Part shown: in pieces, positions 1 through 13,708 of the stretch
How positions within the stretch are numbered: position 1 is the first letter of the stretch
Layout: every line of letters starts with the position of its first letter
Source of the DNA: Octopus vulgaris
Lineage: Eukaryota
Direction of reading: 5' to 3'
DNA: 64,000 bases
Assembly (NCBI GenBank): GCA_951406725.2
Contig: OX597830.1
Span: 5,084,001-5,148,000 of the forward strand
Notes under the pieces: generated by a model
Seen by the model: the letters and a program-made list of their open reading frames with translations, nothing else
The model's database searches: none
What the model was told of the DNA's origin: nothing
Position numbers and translations under genes: made by a program

Positions 1-320
1 ACATAAAATAGTAAATACATCCCAAGAAGGGGACAACAATGGCATTGTGTTTTTGCTATCTTGTAAAGTTAATATTGTTTGCTAGTTTTGCTTCCATAAA
101 TTATTAACAAAAATAACATTCCAGTTACAATACTTTATTTTCCACTTTTTCATTTCAAACTTATTTACCTGATGTGTAATTAATAAACACCAAATCCAGT
201 GTATTTACTTATAACTGATTCATCTCTCTGTAAACTTGTAAATCTATTACTGTACCTTAAACCAAAAAAAAAAAAAAGCCTTCTTTGTAAATCAGTCTGA
301 AATACTACCTAACAATCACA

Positions 321-725
321 AGGGCACATGTATGGCTGTATGATTAAGTGTTTGCTTCTCAACCATTCACTTCTGAATTCGATTCCAAGGTGAAACCCAG
401 ACCAATCAATGCCATGGAAGTGTATTTGCTAGACAGAGATTGCTGGAAACCCATTGTGAATAAATGTGTGTATGCATGCATATCTGCTTGCGAAAGTGTG
501 ATGATGTTTACGTATTCCACACACATCATAACATAAGCTAAGCAGTGCTGATGTTAGCATTCCTTACTCACATCCTGACATATCATTTTCCCCTTTCAAA
601 GACCTGTGGAATGAAGATATTCATCATTTGAGAAACATGAGGGTTGGGGCGACATGAAAAGAACCTGACTGTGAAATTCTATCCTAAATAAATCTATGAC
701 CATGCTGGCATTGCAAGATAAAAAA
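321..725 (+). mobile_element. Degenerate tRNA-derived SINE
   Basis: Head gtatggctgtatgattaag...gaattcgattcc and body agaccaatcaatgccatggaagtgtatttgctagac are diverged versions of the SINE at 30380. The tail is RTE-like. Confidence 0.5.
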
Positions 726-1916
726 AAAACAAGGACATTAAACAAACAAAAGAACTTTATTTTATGGGCAGAACAACACTTATGACACCTCTAAGGATTA
801 TCTTATGAAACAGGTATAACAATTAATTGCTATTTAACATGATGGTCATGCTTGAATTTCCTACTTGATGAAAGCACATATCTTAAAATTATTTAAAATT
901 GTATGATGCTAAAAATATTTGTACAGGCATAACGATTTAACCTTTAGCAAAACTGAACTGTTACCAGTCAAAGATACAACAGGTGAAAAATCAAAAGATA
1001 TTCTCTGAGCACAATGGCAATCTAAAGATGGAAGGTATATCATGGGTAGATCACCAGAGAGGTTTCTTGACCCAAAGTATTCAAGATGATGTCATGCATA
1101 CACAAGAATACAAATTTAGACATTTGTATGAAGTGTTTCTGTGTGTGTGTTTCCCAATTATCTATTTGTTATATCACCGAATAAAGGAAGAGCAGCTGGG
1201 AACTCATGGCAATTGAGATGAAGTATATCAGCAGACACATGATTTGTAAACAACTTCAGGATAGTTTGGATACTGTCCTAGTGCATCTTTTCTACTCTTT
1301 AAGATCCTTAGTGTTTGTTTTTTTATACTACAAACATAACTCACAATATTTTAATATAATTGGTCAACATCATTTAAAATAAATTAATTTGTAAAATTTT
1401 ACTTCATGGTATTTTTGAATGCAAAGCTTGCACCAAAGTTTAATCTTATTTCTTCAGTCATTATTATTTATTAATAGAAACAAATCACAAAAACCACTTG
1501 AAAACATCAGGCCTAAAACAAATGCCAAGTCTGACATTCTCCGAGAAAATCTCATAGAAATCCCTGCATAAACAGGTTTACATTACCTGGAAATCTTTTT
1601 AGAGCTAAACATGCTGAGACTCTTTTGTAAACATACAGCACCCAACATTTTTCATATATGTCTTGGTCAACAGAACTACATTTCTCTAAAGGCAGCATGT
1701 TTTGAATTATTCTCTCCAACTACTAAACTGCAATGATTCCAACTTATCAAGTTTACAAATCAAATCAGTTTTATTCTCTCTTCCCACTCCATCACACAAA
1801 AAGTAACTGATGAAAATATATGAAGAATTTTATCCCCTGAATATATAAATATATGCTTGAATTTCCACTAAATAAACAATGTTTTCTGCCTAACAAAGCC
1901 TATTTCTAGTTTTAGC

Positions 1917-2745
1917 TAGTATCAAAAAATTCCAGGACTACTTATGTTTAATAAAATACCTTATTCCCCTAACTTTTAACATCATCTCCTTTGAAGTAGT
2001 AACCTTGCACAGTAATACACTGGTTCCAGCATTCCTGCCTTTTTTGGAATCCAGCCTGGAAATTGTTTTCCAAAAGCAAGTCAAGGTCTTTCTATGATTT
2101 GCTTTGGATCTCAATAATGGTGTTAAAATGGTGACTTCTGAGCTGTGTTTTCATCTTGATAAAGAGATGGAAGTCTGCCTGTGCTAAATATGGCAAATAG
2201 GGCAGGTGCCGAAATGATGCCATGTTGTTTTGGCAAGAAACTCATGAGCTCAGAAAGTTCGGTGACACTGTATTGTTCTTATGAAGAATCCAATTCTTCT
2301 TGCTCCACAGATCCCATCACTTTTGCCGAAGGTCCTCCCTCAAACATTTCAAAACATTGCAGTAAAACTCTTGACCGATGATCTGGCCCTGAGGGATGAA
2401 GTCTTCATCACAATACCACATTTCTAGGGATGCTGCTTGCAGCAAGTCTTCGAGATGGTTCATCATCTTCCAGAGATGTTCTTCCACTTTTGAAGTACCC
2501 ATTCCACTCAAAACATTGCATACAACTCATTGCCATAAGCTTGCTGAAGCATCTCAATGTCTCTGTAGCAAAATTCCCAAGTCTAACCCAAAATTTCACA
2601 TTTGCTCTTTGTTCCAACTTCCTGTCCATGATGTTACTCAGCACACTGCTCCATGAAGGTCACTGCTAGTTCTCACTGCATATGCAACCACATGCTGCCA
2701 TCTGTTGGCATGCTACAAAACTCGTCAATCTTTTCACAATCTTTT
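1917..2745 (-). mobile_element. Mariner (Tc1/mariner) transposon relic, internally deleted
   Basis: Minus-strand pieces MDRKLEQRANVKFWVRLGNFATET (mariner N-terminus), FKSGRTSLEDDEPSRR and FIPQGQIIGQEFYCNVLKCLREDLRQK (catalytic region), with frameshifts. TIR-like tatcaaaaaattccaggact near 1920. Confidence 0.85.
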
Positions 2746-2792
2746 TCTAAAGAGTGAAACCGGTAAAGTAGATAAACATCTTTTAAAATTGC

Positions 2793-3532
<740 letters not shown>

Positions 3533-4679
3533 CTGCAACAAAATCAAACAGCTAGACAATCAATTTAACTTTGGTTTCTTGTTAATATCAGTATGCTTCA
3601 AATAGGATAGAAACCTCTCATATATTAAATGTACCAAAAGATTTATACAAGTATGAAGAGAAGATCCTATACTGTTCATAATATCTCTATTTATGAATAC
3701 TTATTTCTCTGAAAAACTCCAAATATCAAGGGTTTTTTGTTTTTTCTTTTTCATATTCTTTCCAAACAAGTTGTCCTATTTAAATGGGTTGGACAGGTCT
3801 GCTGCATTGCAGCATTTGTTCAAATGCTATCTCATCAGTGAAGTCTTACATTCTCAGGAATTCTCTACAATTTTACTTAAGACTACTAATACTACCAATT
3901 CTAACATTAACTGACTGCACATGCATCATCAATTTGCATTACATTTCCATGCCAATGCAATCATCTCTTAACATACATCTGCTGCCGATGTATTTTTATG
4001 CTGAGCTGCTTTCTCAATTTATCTGCTTTCAGCTTTTCTTGCAAATTAACACCACATATCCAATGGAACATACTGAATTAATTTCTCTCCAATTGTTACA
4101 CATGACCTGCAATAGCTATCCATGTTTCACTAACACATATTAAACCCCTCCCCCACACACACACACATTGCTTTACACCTTCATAGAAACTTTAGTTACT
4201 CACAGAAGGAAGTAACCTATATGTCTTCCAGTTATCATTATCTTTTCTAGCATTAAATATATCATCATACTAAGATAATTCATCTGCTTCTATTCAAACA
4301 GTTTATGTATCCAATACATCAATACAAAATGTTTATTTCTTCAAAACTTGTATCCTTTATCAGACAGACCCTCATCTTTTGTATACACAAAATTTGTACT
4401 CAGCAAAATTCTATCAGTTCTTTTATACACAGCCAGGGAGTTGAAGTATATTGTTTTAATATTCAGTTGATTTTGTTAGTGAACAGAGACTACTGTACAT
4501 GACAACCTTTACAGTTTGAAGCTAATTACTGCCCTCCAACATAACTGACAATATAGCTGCTAAATTTTCTCAGGCATTTAAAACATGCATCTAATGGAAT
4601 TGCTAAACAGAAAATGATATTGCTAATAAAAGGGTAAAATGGTTTGGTGTATGTTTCTGTGAGTGGCTTCTGTATCAAC

Positions 4680-4905
4680 ATGGTGAGCAACACAGATTTT
4701 GACTTTCACCCAATGAGGTGAAAGCATGGTCGTTATGTGGTTACGAATACGACTTTGCAACTAAATAAAGTAAGTTCAGTCACACTGTGCAGCATTTTAT
4801 GCCCTTTACTCTTGCTCTGTCAAACAAATGCCATGTGGGAAATAATTCAGGGAGAGAGAGAGTGCATGGAAGCCATCAAATGGCTGTACAGACAGACAGA
4901 GATGA

Positions 4906-4959
<54 letters not shown>

Positions 4960-5200
4960 GCATGCAAGTCGTCATGTCCACTTCTCAGGTGAGATAGTGT
5001 GAATGTAAAAAAAATGCTGCTATATTTATATCCCTGATGATCATTACATCCTGTAGCTTCTGCACTCTCAAAGGAATATAAAAATCTCTTGTAAAAACAA
5101 GAAAAGGCTGGCAGTAGGAAGAGCATCAAATTGTAAAACCAACTGCCTCAAATTAGTACACATCCAACCAATGATAGCATAGAAAAACAGGTAAAATGAA
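4680..5200 (+). mobile_element. Degenerate SINE with internal (TG)n and RTE-like tail
   Basis: gttcagtcacactgtgcagca (B-box region), (TG)n at 4907-4956, tail ggcagtaggaagagcatc...catccaaccaatgatagcatagaa. Confidence 0.5.
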
Positions 5201-5443
5201 GAAACAGATAATCTAGCAAGCTTTTCATTGTAAACACACTAGAATCTAAATCAAGGGTGGATGATTATGTGAGATAACAATCTGCTAACAGGTTTTGACT
5301 ATATTGGTTTGGTTTACAAAATTTTACCTACTTTCTTGTATTAATTGCTTTTTCTAACATTTTATTTATCAAGTGCAATAATATTTTTAACTATACAAAG
5401 AAATCTCCGTTACACACATTCTTTCATTTGTTAATATGTTCAG

Positions 5444-5589
5444 GTACATCACAGCGACAAAGGTATGTTCTAAAGAAAGCAGTTGGGTATGGCAGGCCAT
5501 GTTCCAGTCAGCTTACTCAAAGGAAGCCCTGTGTATTACGTGGTTGTTTTAGATGGGATGTTACAAATTGGACCGAATGCTTTACTGAG
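5444..5589 (+). CDS. THSD7A: THSD7A/B-like protein, exon (TSP1 repeat)
   Basis: Acceptor tgttcag|, donor gag|gtaaaa, phase 1->0. Reads (G)TSQRQRYVLKKAVGYGRPCSSQLTQRKPCVLRGCFRWDVTNWTECFTE, with TSP1 RxRxV...C and WxxxxWxxC motifs. Confidence 0.9.
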
Positions 5590-6456
5590 GTAAAAACCTT
5601 TATTAGACAGACAGTTTTTTGGCTTCTTTTTACAACACTGAATTTTGACTTTCAAAATGGACAGTTCTGTATTATGTCTTATCAAATTTTATTTTTATCT
5701 TGTATTCAAGCAACTTTTCAATCCTTTATCTCTTTATCTCAATTTTATTATCATTATGAGCCAATTTCTCACTGAATTATATTATTAAATATCTCCTAGA
5801 GCAAAAGACTAACTTTTATTGAATATATTGCAATATAATACTAATACTTATTTTATCAATACCAGGGAAATGAAATATATATAACCAAATCCCAGTAGGA
5901 TTTAAGTTCACAATAGAAATGTATGCAAATAAAACTAAGCAAAACAGCCTGATTCTAGTGTTGCAGCCATCTTTACTGTCTATTTTAAAATTAGCTATAC
6001 TACTTCACAAAATAATATATCTTCATTAGAAATCATTAAATTCTGACAACAGACAGCTAAATACCTTAAAATATTAGAATCACAGCTATAAAGTAATGTT
6101 ACTGGAGTTTATGTTTCATTCTTATAAGAAAATTACTAAATTCACATACTATTTTTCTCAATAATTTTTTCATTACTTTTACACATCTTTGCCTACAAAT
6201 TCTTTATTATAAAGAGTTAATTGAAGACAAAAGGAAATTACTTGAGTTGAAAGACATAACAATGTATTAATTACTTAAGGTTGTACTTTCATTAAATATC
6301 TCTTCAGATTTAAAAATTTATACAAATGATTGAAACAAATTTGGTTATTAAATTTCCATTATACATTAAAATAGGAAAATCTCCTCAAAATATCTCTCAT
6401 TTCAGTTTTATTTTTCCTATCATATCGCTAAAGTGTGTTGTTTTTCTTCATTTAAG

Positions 6457-6570
6457 AAAGGAGTTTGTGGACACGGGGTGCAAATAAGGAATATTACATG
6501 TACAGGAGAAGGCAAAACACAAGTTGACGATTCGTTTTGTAAGGCCAACCGGAGCATAGCTGCAATTAAG
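6457..6570 (+). CDS. THSD7A: THSD7A/B-like exon
   Basis: Acceptor tttttcttcatttaag|, phase 0->0. Reads KGVCGHGVQIRNITCTGEGKTQVDDSFCKANRSIAAIK (CGxGxQxRxxxC TSP1 motif). Donor gtagca is weak. Confidence 0.85.
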
Positions 6571-7466
6571 GTAGCAGAAACGTTTTCTCTTTTATAATTC
6601 TTTGAATTCTGAATAACTTTAAATTTGTTTAAATAGTTTTATTTTTAACTAACTTTAAAATTGTGAAGGATCACTTACATAACCTTCTCTTACGATGCAT
6701 AAAATAACTATAAACATAAAAACAACATACACTGCTTTTAATTTAGTACAAATTTGTTATTAATCTTTTATCTTTTCAATCAATAACTTCAGAACAATTT
6801 ATTTGATGAATATTTAAATCATTTTATTGCACTATCTGTGTACCATATATATGTGTAGGTAAAAATATGTACATTTAAAGATTATCATGAATACACTCAC
6901 AATTGAACAGGTCCTAACTTAAGCAGGACTTGACCCTGTCTGGTAACAGATATCACTGGGAAAGCATTTTTGTGACTTCTCCTTTGTGAGCAGTTGGAAG
7001 TTACCTAAGTGGAATGCATTAACTTCAACCTGAGAAGTCTGGTCAGAACTCTTGCAACAGAATGTTCCACACAGTTTTTAATGCCAAGTTTGGTAGAGTA
7101 AGATAATGTAGGCATGAAGAATACAGTTAAGACTGATGTACCAGTTGACTCTGCTACCTTAGAGAAGCTACTGTCACAGCTAGATATTGGTAGTAAGGTA
7201 GAGAAAACAGTATGATAGCTGTATATTGGTGGCAATGCAGATTCTATTATTGGTTGAATAATATCTTTTTACTAATTCCTTCTGCCTATAATATCTGCTG
7301 TTAGTACACAGCAGAGAGCGAGAGAGAGAGAAACTCTGCCAGAAAATACTGCCCCTCTTACACAAAAGGAAAAGGAAACCAGCTTCACCAGTATTATAAT
7401 ATATATTAGGAACCATGATAGATGTTTTTTGTCACAACTACATATAGATATTTAATCATATATGTC

Positions 7467-7597
7467 AACTAGAAAAGCACTTGGAGAGCACAGACCTCTG
7501 CCAAGCAGCTCATATCCACCCATATACATGCATGCTGAAAATCGCCCAATTTCCCAAACAAACGCTGACAAAAACATAACTTCCTTGGCAGGGTTAA
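7467..7597 (+). mobile_element. Helentron-associated non-autonomous element (HINE-like), short copy
   Basis: Starts aactagaaaagcacttggagag. Subterminal inverted repeat acctctgccaag (7494-7505) / cttggcagggt (7584-7594). Confidence 0.55.
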
Positions 7598-7769
7598 AAA
7601 AAAATAACACAGCCAAATGATTTTAAAAACCCTTTAAAAACAGGAATCATCTGAAGCAGTTATAATACATCAGTGACAATAACAAGCTAGTTTCACAGCA
7701 GCGGTGGAGTGATCAAAGCCTGAGATTTTTGAGTCAATCCCAATAGTCAAGGCTTGTCATGTCATCCTC

Positions 7770-8143
7770 TGCAGACCTCTGCCAAGCAGCTCATTTTAAG
7801 ATAGATACACGAGTAAAATTACTAATAGAGAAATGAAAATAAACTTTGGAAACAGCAACACCACCATAGGTTAAGTGGAAACGATGAACGAGTTCTCAAG
7901 GGAAATAATCAAAGAACGTAACATTGTAATACTTCATGTAAATACAACAAATGAAAAATCCTTCAAGAATCCATAAAAATTCCTGGATCACTACCAAAAT
8001 TTCATCATCTGTTTCTTGTGCCATTACCAACGTTTCCTGCAAGTTTCATCAAATACTGTTCACAACTTTTGAGTTATTTTGCACACAAACGGACAAACTA
8101 ACGCCGATGTAAACATAACCTGCTTCCTTGGTGGAGGTAATAA
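7770..8143 (+). mobile_element. HINE-like element, second copy
   Basis: Shares cagacctctgccaagcagctcat with the 7467 copy. Ends aaacataacctgcttccttggtggaggtaa, a terminal hairpin complementary to the 5' motif. Confidence 0.55.
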
Positions 8144-8381
8144 ATATAAGCACAGATATATGTGTTTGTGTGTGTGTGTGCATGCACATACCCACACATG
8201 ATGTATGCATACACACATACTCATATCTAATACATTAAATGTTATCTTTGCTTCCATATCCAGAATTTTATGTATTAGAATAAAGGAACCTGTTTAACTC
8301 AAATAAGTTTATAAAGGCGTCCAAACACCAAGCCTACCAAAACTAAATATGATTCTATCTTTTTTTTTTCATCTTCTAAAG

Positions 8382-8478
8382 ACTAAACGATCATGCTATG
8401 TCGGATGCCCTGGAGAGTGTGTTCTAACGGAATGGAGTGAATGGAGTGCATGTTACTTAAACTGTCGGGACAAAGGAG
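8382..8478 (+). CDS. THSD7A: THSD7A/B-like exon
   Basis: Poly-T acceptor ...ctaaag|, donor g|gtaagc, phase 0->1. Reads TKRSCYVGCPGECVLTEWSEWSACYLNCRDKG, matching the THSD7 pattern CPGDCxLxxWSxWSxC. Confidence 0.92.
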
Positions 8479-9074
8479 GTAAGCTGATTTTGTAGTTTTA
8501 TTGCATGGCAGCCTGTCTATTCATGTGTGATGAACATATTTGAGCTTACAAGCATATATAGTCATATCTATGCAGGACTAATAGAAGGGTTTCATTGTAA
8601 GTGTAATTCTGTTAGGGAAAACTATCCAAGACATTGCCTTATGCATCAGTAAAAGATACACACTTGATATGTCTACATATTAATTCTTAAGAGATTATCC
8701 ATTCTCAGAAGCATTACTGTAAGCATACTGCCATTTTATTTTTACTTTTTTGTTGTTGTTTTTTATTTTGTGAGGCAACTCACTGTAACATTTAACTCCT
8801 CTCATGACCAGTCTTCATCAGACAAAGGAATTGTGTTCTCAAAGCTTCTCACAGATACCAGGAAGATCTTAACTGAAAAAAGTTTTCTATACAACAAATT
8901 TGATTATCATCGAGTTGTAAAGAGTTTGGGTTTCTTTTCTAAAGGAAATATTTTAAAATAATCCTGATTATAAAGAAATAAAATTTGATCAATCCCAATC
9001 CTGTATTTGAAAAATTGTCCCAGTTGTGTAAAGACGAAATATATATTATAATTTTTTTTTTTTTTTTTTTTTTT

Positions 9075-9126
9075 TTTGTACTTGTTTCAGTCATTTGACT
9101 GTGGCCATGCTGGAGCACCGCCTTTA
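9075..9126 (-). mobile_element. SINE 3' tail fragment with poly(A)
   Basis: Reverse complement of the SINE end (ggcggtgctccagcatggccacagtcaaatgactgaaacaag), preceded on + by a poly-T run. Confidence 0.7.
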
Positions 9127-9128
9127 GA

Positions 9129-9291
9129 GTGGTGAAAGAGTACAGCAGGGATCACCACCATCCCCTGCCGGAGCCTCATGGAGCTTTTAGGTGTTTTCGC
9201 TCAATAAACACACACAACGCCCGGTCTGGGAATCGAAACCGCGATCCTCCGACCGCAAGTCCGCTGCCCTAACCACTGGGCCATTGCGCCT

Positions 9292-9293
<2 letters not shown>
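9129..9293 (-). mobile_element. Young tRNA-derived SINE head
   Basis: Minus strand GGAGGCGCAA-TGGCCCAGTGG (A box)...GGTTTCGATTCC (B box). CpGs are intact. Confidence 0.8.
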
Positions 9294-9370
<77 letters not shown>

Positions 9371-9384
9371 TGTATTTATACATA

Positions 9385-9666
9385 CATCATCATCATCATC
9401 ATTTAATGTCCGCTTTCCATGCTAGCATGGGTTGGATGATTTGACTGAAGTCTGGCGAACAAAACTCCAATCTGATCTGGAAGAGTTTCTACAACTGGAT
9501 GCCCTTCCTAATGCCAACCACAAGGAGAGTGTAGTGGGTGCTTTTACGTGCCACCGGCATGAGGGCCAATCTGGTGGAACTAGCAATGGCCATGCCCAAA
9601 TGGTGCTTTTTATGTGCCACCTGCACAGGAGCCAGTCCAGCAGCACTGGCGACGAACTCGGACGAA
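9385..9666 (-). mobile_element. RTE 3'UTR fragment with (GAT)n tail
   Basis: Reverse complement of the 3'UTR at 52000-52292 (ttggcattaggaagggcatccag...ccaacccatgctagcatggaaag). Confidence 0.85.
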
Positions 9667-9687
9667 TGTATATATATACATATATAA

Positions 9688-9757
<70 letters not shown>

Positions 9758-9769
9758 ATATACATATAC

Positions 9770-9852
<83 letters not shown>

Positions 9853-9857
9853 CACAT

Positions 9858-9894
<37 letters not shown>

Positions 9895-9949
9895 CATATA
9901 CATATATATATATATATATATACATACATATTTATATATATATATACAT
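9667..9949. repeat. (TA)n/(TACA)n microsatellite
   Basis: Seen directly. Confidence 0.97.
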
Positions 9950-11089
9950 ACAACGCGAATGGGCCCCAACTATGCGAACCTGTTCGTTGGCTATGTTGAG
10001 GCCCAAATATTCTCTAATTTCACTGGTCCCACTCCTGAACTATATGGTCGTTACATTGACGACATTATCGGTGCCACCTCACTCTCCCGTGAACATCTAG
10101 ATTCCTTCCTCTCTTTCGTCCAATCTTTCCATCCAGCCCTCCACTTCACTTCCACTATCTCCAACACCTCTGTCTCCTTCCTCGACATTTCGGTTAGCAT
10201 TCTTCACTCCACTCTTACCACCTCCATTCACTACAAACACACAGACTCACACTCATACCTCAACTTCTCTTCCTCCCACCCAGAACACACCAAGCTTTCC
10301 ATCCCCTATTCCCAATTCCTCCGTCTACGTAGGCTCTGTAGTGACGACCATGACTTTGAGACTCAGTCTCAACGAATGGCTCACCACTTCACCCTACGTG
10401 GATACCCCCTCACCACTATCCACACCGCCCTTGCCAGAGCACGGTCCGTGGACCGTGTATCTGCTCTCTCTTCCCGAACCCACCCTGTAGTCTCCCGCCT
10501 CCCGTTTCCCCTCACTTACCACCCCACGACCCTACGTCTCCAACGCACCATTCTTCGAGCTTTCCGTCATCTCCAATCCGACCCGTCCACTTCACACCTC
10601 TTCCCTAACCGACCCCTCCCCTCTTTCAAACGAGCCCACAACCTTCGAGACCTTTTGGTCCATAGCTCCTTCCCTGACCCTACCTCCCAACCCTGGCTCG
10701 TTCCCCTGCTCCCGCCCACGTTGCCACACTTGCCCTTACCTCTCCAACACCACCCGCCTCACTAGCACCCACCATCGACCCTATCCCATCATCCACTCCT
10801 TCACCTGCACCTCCAGCAATATTATCTATTGCGTCTCTTGCTCTCTCTGCAATTCCTTGTACATCGGACAAACGGGACGCTGCTTGGCTGACCGGTTCGC
10901 GGAACACCTTCGTGACATCCACCTTGCGAACGACACACCGGTCTCACGCCATTTCCGCTCCACTGGTCACTCCTTGCAACACCTATCTGTGTTCGGTTTG
11001 TCCTTACACAGAGGCCATCCGGATTCCCGTTTGCGCCGTGAACAGGAATTAATCTTCTCTCTTCGCTCTTATACGCCATTTGGATTCAA

Positions 11090-11400
11090 CTCTCCCCCCT
11101 CCTCATCTAACCACCCTCTCCCCCTCCTCACCTATCCTTCCCCCGACCCCTACTTCTTCAGTCCTTCATCCTTTCACCCCTACTCCCCTTCCCTTCTTCC
11201 CTCTTTCTCCCTCCCTCCTTCCCTCTTCCCCTTCCCTCTGCTCCCTCACTCCTCTTCTCTCTCCCCCTCTCCCTCTTTCCTCCTTCCTCCCCTCCTCATC
11301 CCCTTCCTTCTCCCCCTCCTCTATCTCCCCTCCTCTCCTCCCCCTCTTCCTCCCCTCCCCTTTCCCCCTCTTCTCCCCCTCCCCCTCTTCTCCTCACTAC
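11090..11400. repeat. Polypyrimidine (C/T) tract
   Basis: About 300 bp almost entirely C and T. Confidence 0.9.
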
Positions 11401-11439
11401 ACCACACGACTTTACACATCACATCATATATGATGTGCC

Positions 11440-11775
11440 ATACTAATACATACACCAACTAATACATACTAATACGTACTAATACATACTAATACATACT
11501 AATACATACACCAACCCTATACATACACACGTCCAGACCCTCATACGCACTTATACTCTCTCATACACACACACACACACACTTATACATACTAATACGT
11601 ACTAATACATACTAATACATACTAATACATACACCAACCCCATACATACGCACGTCCAGACCTATCCTACGCACTAATACTCTCTCATACACACACACAC
11701 CCTTATACATACTAATACATACTAATACATACACCAACCCTATACATACACACGTCCAGACCCCTCCTACGCACT
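11440..11775. repeat. Minisatellite: ACTAATACAT 10-mer within ~100-120 bp higher-order units
   Basis: Three copies of acaccaacc...acgtccagacc separated by runs of the 10-mer. Confidence 0.9.
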
Positions 11776-12038
11776 GGTCATTCAACCCTATTATCAACCC
11801 TATTATCTCCCCTTATTTCGCTCTCACGTCTCATGTTTGATCTTTGACCTCTGGCCGAAATCAGATCGCCATGTTGATTCGTTAGTTACTGCACGCATTT
11901 TTTTCTCTCCTTCTTTCTGTGTAGGCTCGAAACGTTAAAGACTTGTTTTATTTATATTTCCTGAGCGCCATACTAATACAATTGTTCGTTTGTTTTCCAC
12001 CTGCCTTCGTCTTTTGTCTATTTTCATAAAGCTTCCTG

Positions 12039-12411
<373 letters not shown>

Positions 12412-13283
12412 TATGTCAAACTGGTTGCTCCTTGCGGTGATATAGAGGATCTTCGTTGATGCCTCCACCAAATTTGGAGACGGTCTAACGAATGGGACCT
12501 GTGTCTGAATGTGTCAAAGTGCTGTCATCTGCCCGTTGGCTCTCCTCCTGCAACTCAACTTGATTTCGAGCCAGGTCGTCTGCTGCTGGAGAGGACCGAT
12601 CCGGTAAAGGACCTGGGTATCTTGGTGGATTCCTCCTTTTCGCCTTCGGCCCAGTGCGTCCATGCTGCCAATAAAGCATGCGGAGCTCTGTTCTTGATTT
12701 GACGGTCATTCGGAAAGCTCACAGCAGCCATATTCTTACCGCTCTATGTCATGCTGGTGAGACCCATATTGGTGTACGGGATTCAAGCCTCTTCTCCTTA
12801 TCTCCTCAAAGACATACAGCATCTCAAAAGAGTCCAGAAGCTGGCTACCCGCATGGTTCTTGGTCTCAAGAATGTCTTATGAAGAAAGGCTGAAGAAGCT
12901 CGACCTTTATTCTCTAGAAAAACACCGCCGCCGTGGTGATCCCATTCTTGCTCACAACATCATAAGCGGAAAGTGTAACCTCTGGAAAGAGCTGTTCTTC
13001 ACTCCTGCTCCAGAGCGTCGGCTGTGGGGTCACTCCGAAAAGCTCTATCTGCGAGGATTTCATCTCAATGGAAGGAGAGGGCTTTCTCCATCTGGGTTGC
13101 GGATCCGTGGAATAAGCTGCCGGACGAGATGGTGAAGATGCCGACAACCGCTTGGTTCAAAGTCTCCCTTGACCACAAGTGGCCTGAACTCTTTACCTGA
13201 ACACCACCCTGTACATAACTCCATGTCCCCTACATGGCCTTGCTTTTTGCTTTTTGAGCCAAAGAATTAACTAACTAACTAAC
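12412..13283 (+). mobile_element. CR1/L2-group LINE 3' fragment, (TAAC)n tail, copy 1
   Basis: KDLGILVDSSFS..QC..AANKA, LY..LVRPIL.YG, MSYEERLKKLDLYSLEKHRRRGD and GHSEKL..WNKLP motifs across broken frames. Confidence 0.9.
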
Positions 13284-13647
13284 ATATACATATATACATA
13301 CATATATACATGCATATATATATATATATACCAGATCTGATATAATTACATATTATATTTTATATTTTATATTTATATTTCCTTGTCTAATTATATTTAC
13401 AATATATTATGTATAATGCCTTTACTGTTTTGTAATGGTGTAATTAAGTATTGATTGGGTATCATCTGTTGGTTGATGTTTGATTGATTTAAGTATGTTT
13501 CTCCATTTTCTAATTTTGTAGAATTAATATATACATATATATATACATATATATATATATACAACTATGTATATACATATTGTTATATTTCGGAATGGTC
13601 ATTTTGCCAGTTTAGCCAATAAAATCTTGCACAACAAATATATAAAC

Positions 13648-13708
<61 letters not shown>

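Noticed and set aside
983-1216. 77-aa ORF as an upstream THSD7 exon
   Set aside because: No TSP1 Cys/Trp pattern and a poor acceptor.
9220-9293. Functional tRNA gene on the minus strand
   Set aside because: It has A and B boxes but no closing acceptor stem or poly-T terminator, and it continues into a SINE body.
9614-10765. 383-aa ORF as a novel fusion protein
   Set aside because: Chance in-frame read from an antisense RTE UTR through (TA)n into a truncated Penelope RT.
11440-11775. CRISPR-like repeat/spacer array
   Set aside because: The spacers are themselves repeats and the context is eukaryotic with no cas genes, so it is a minisatellite.
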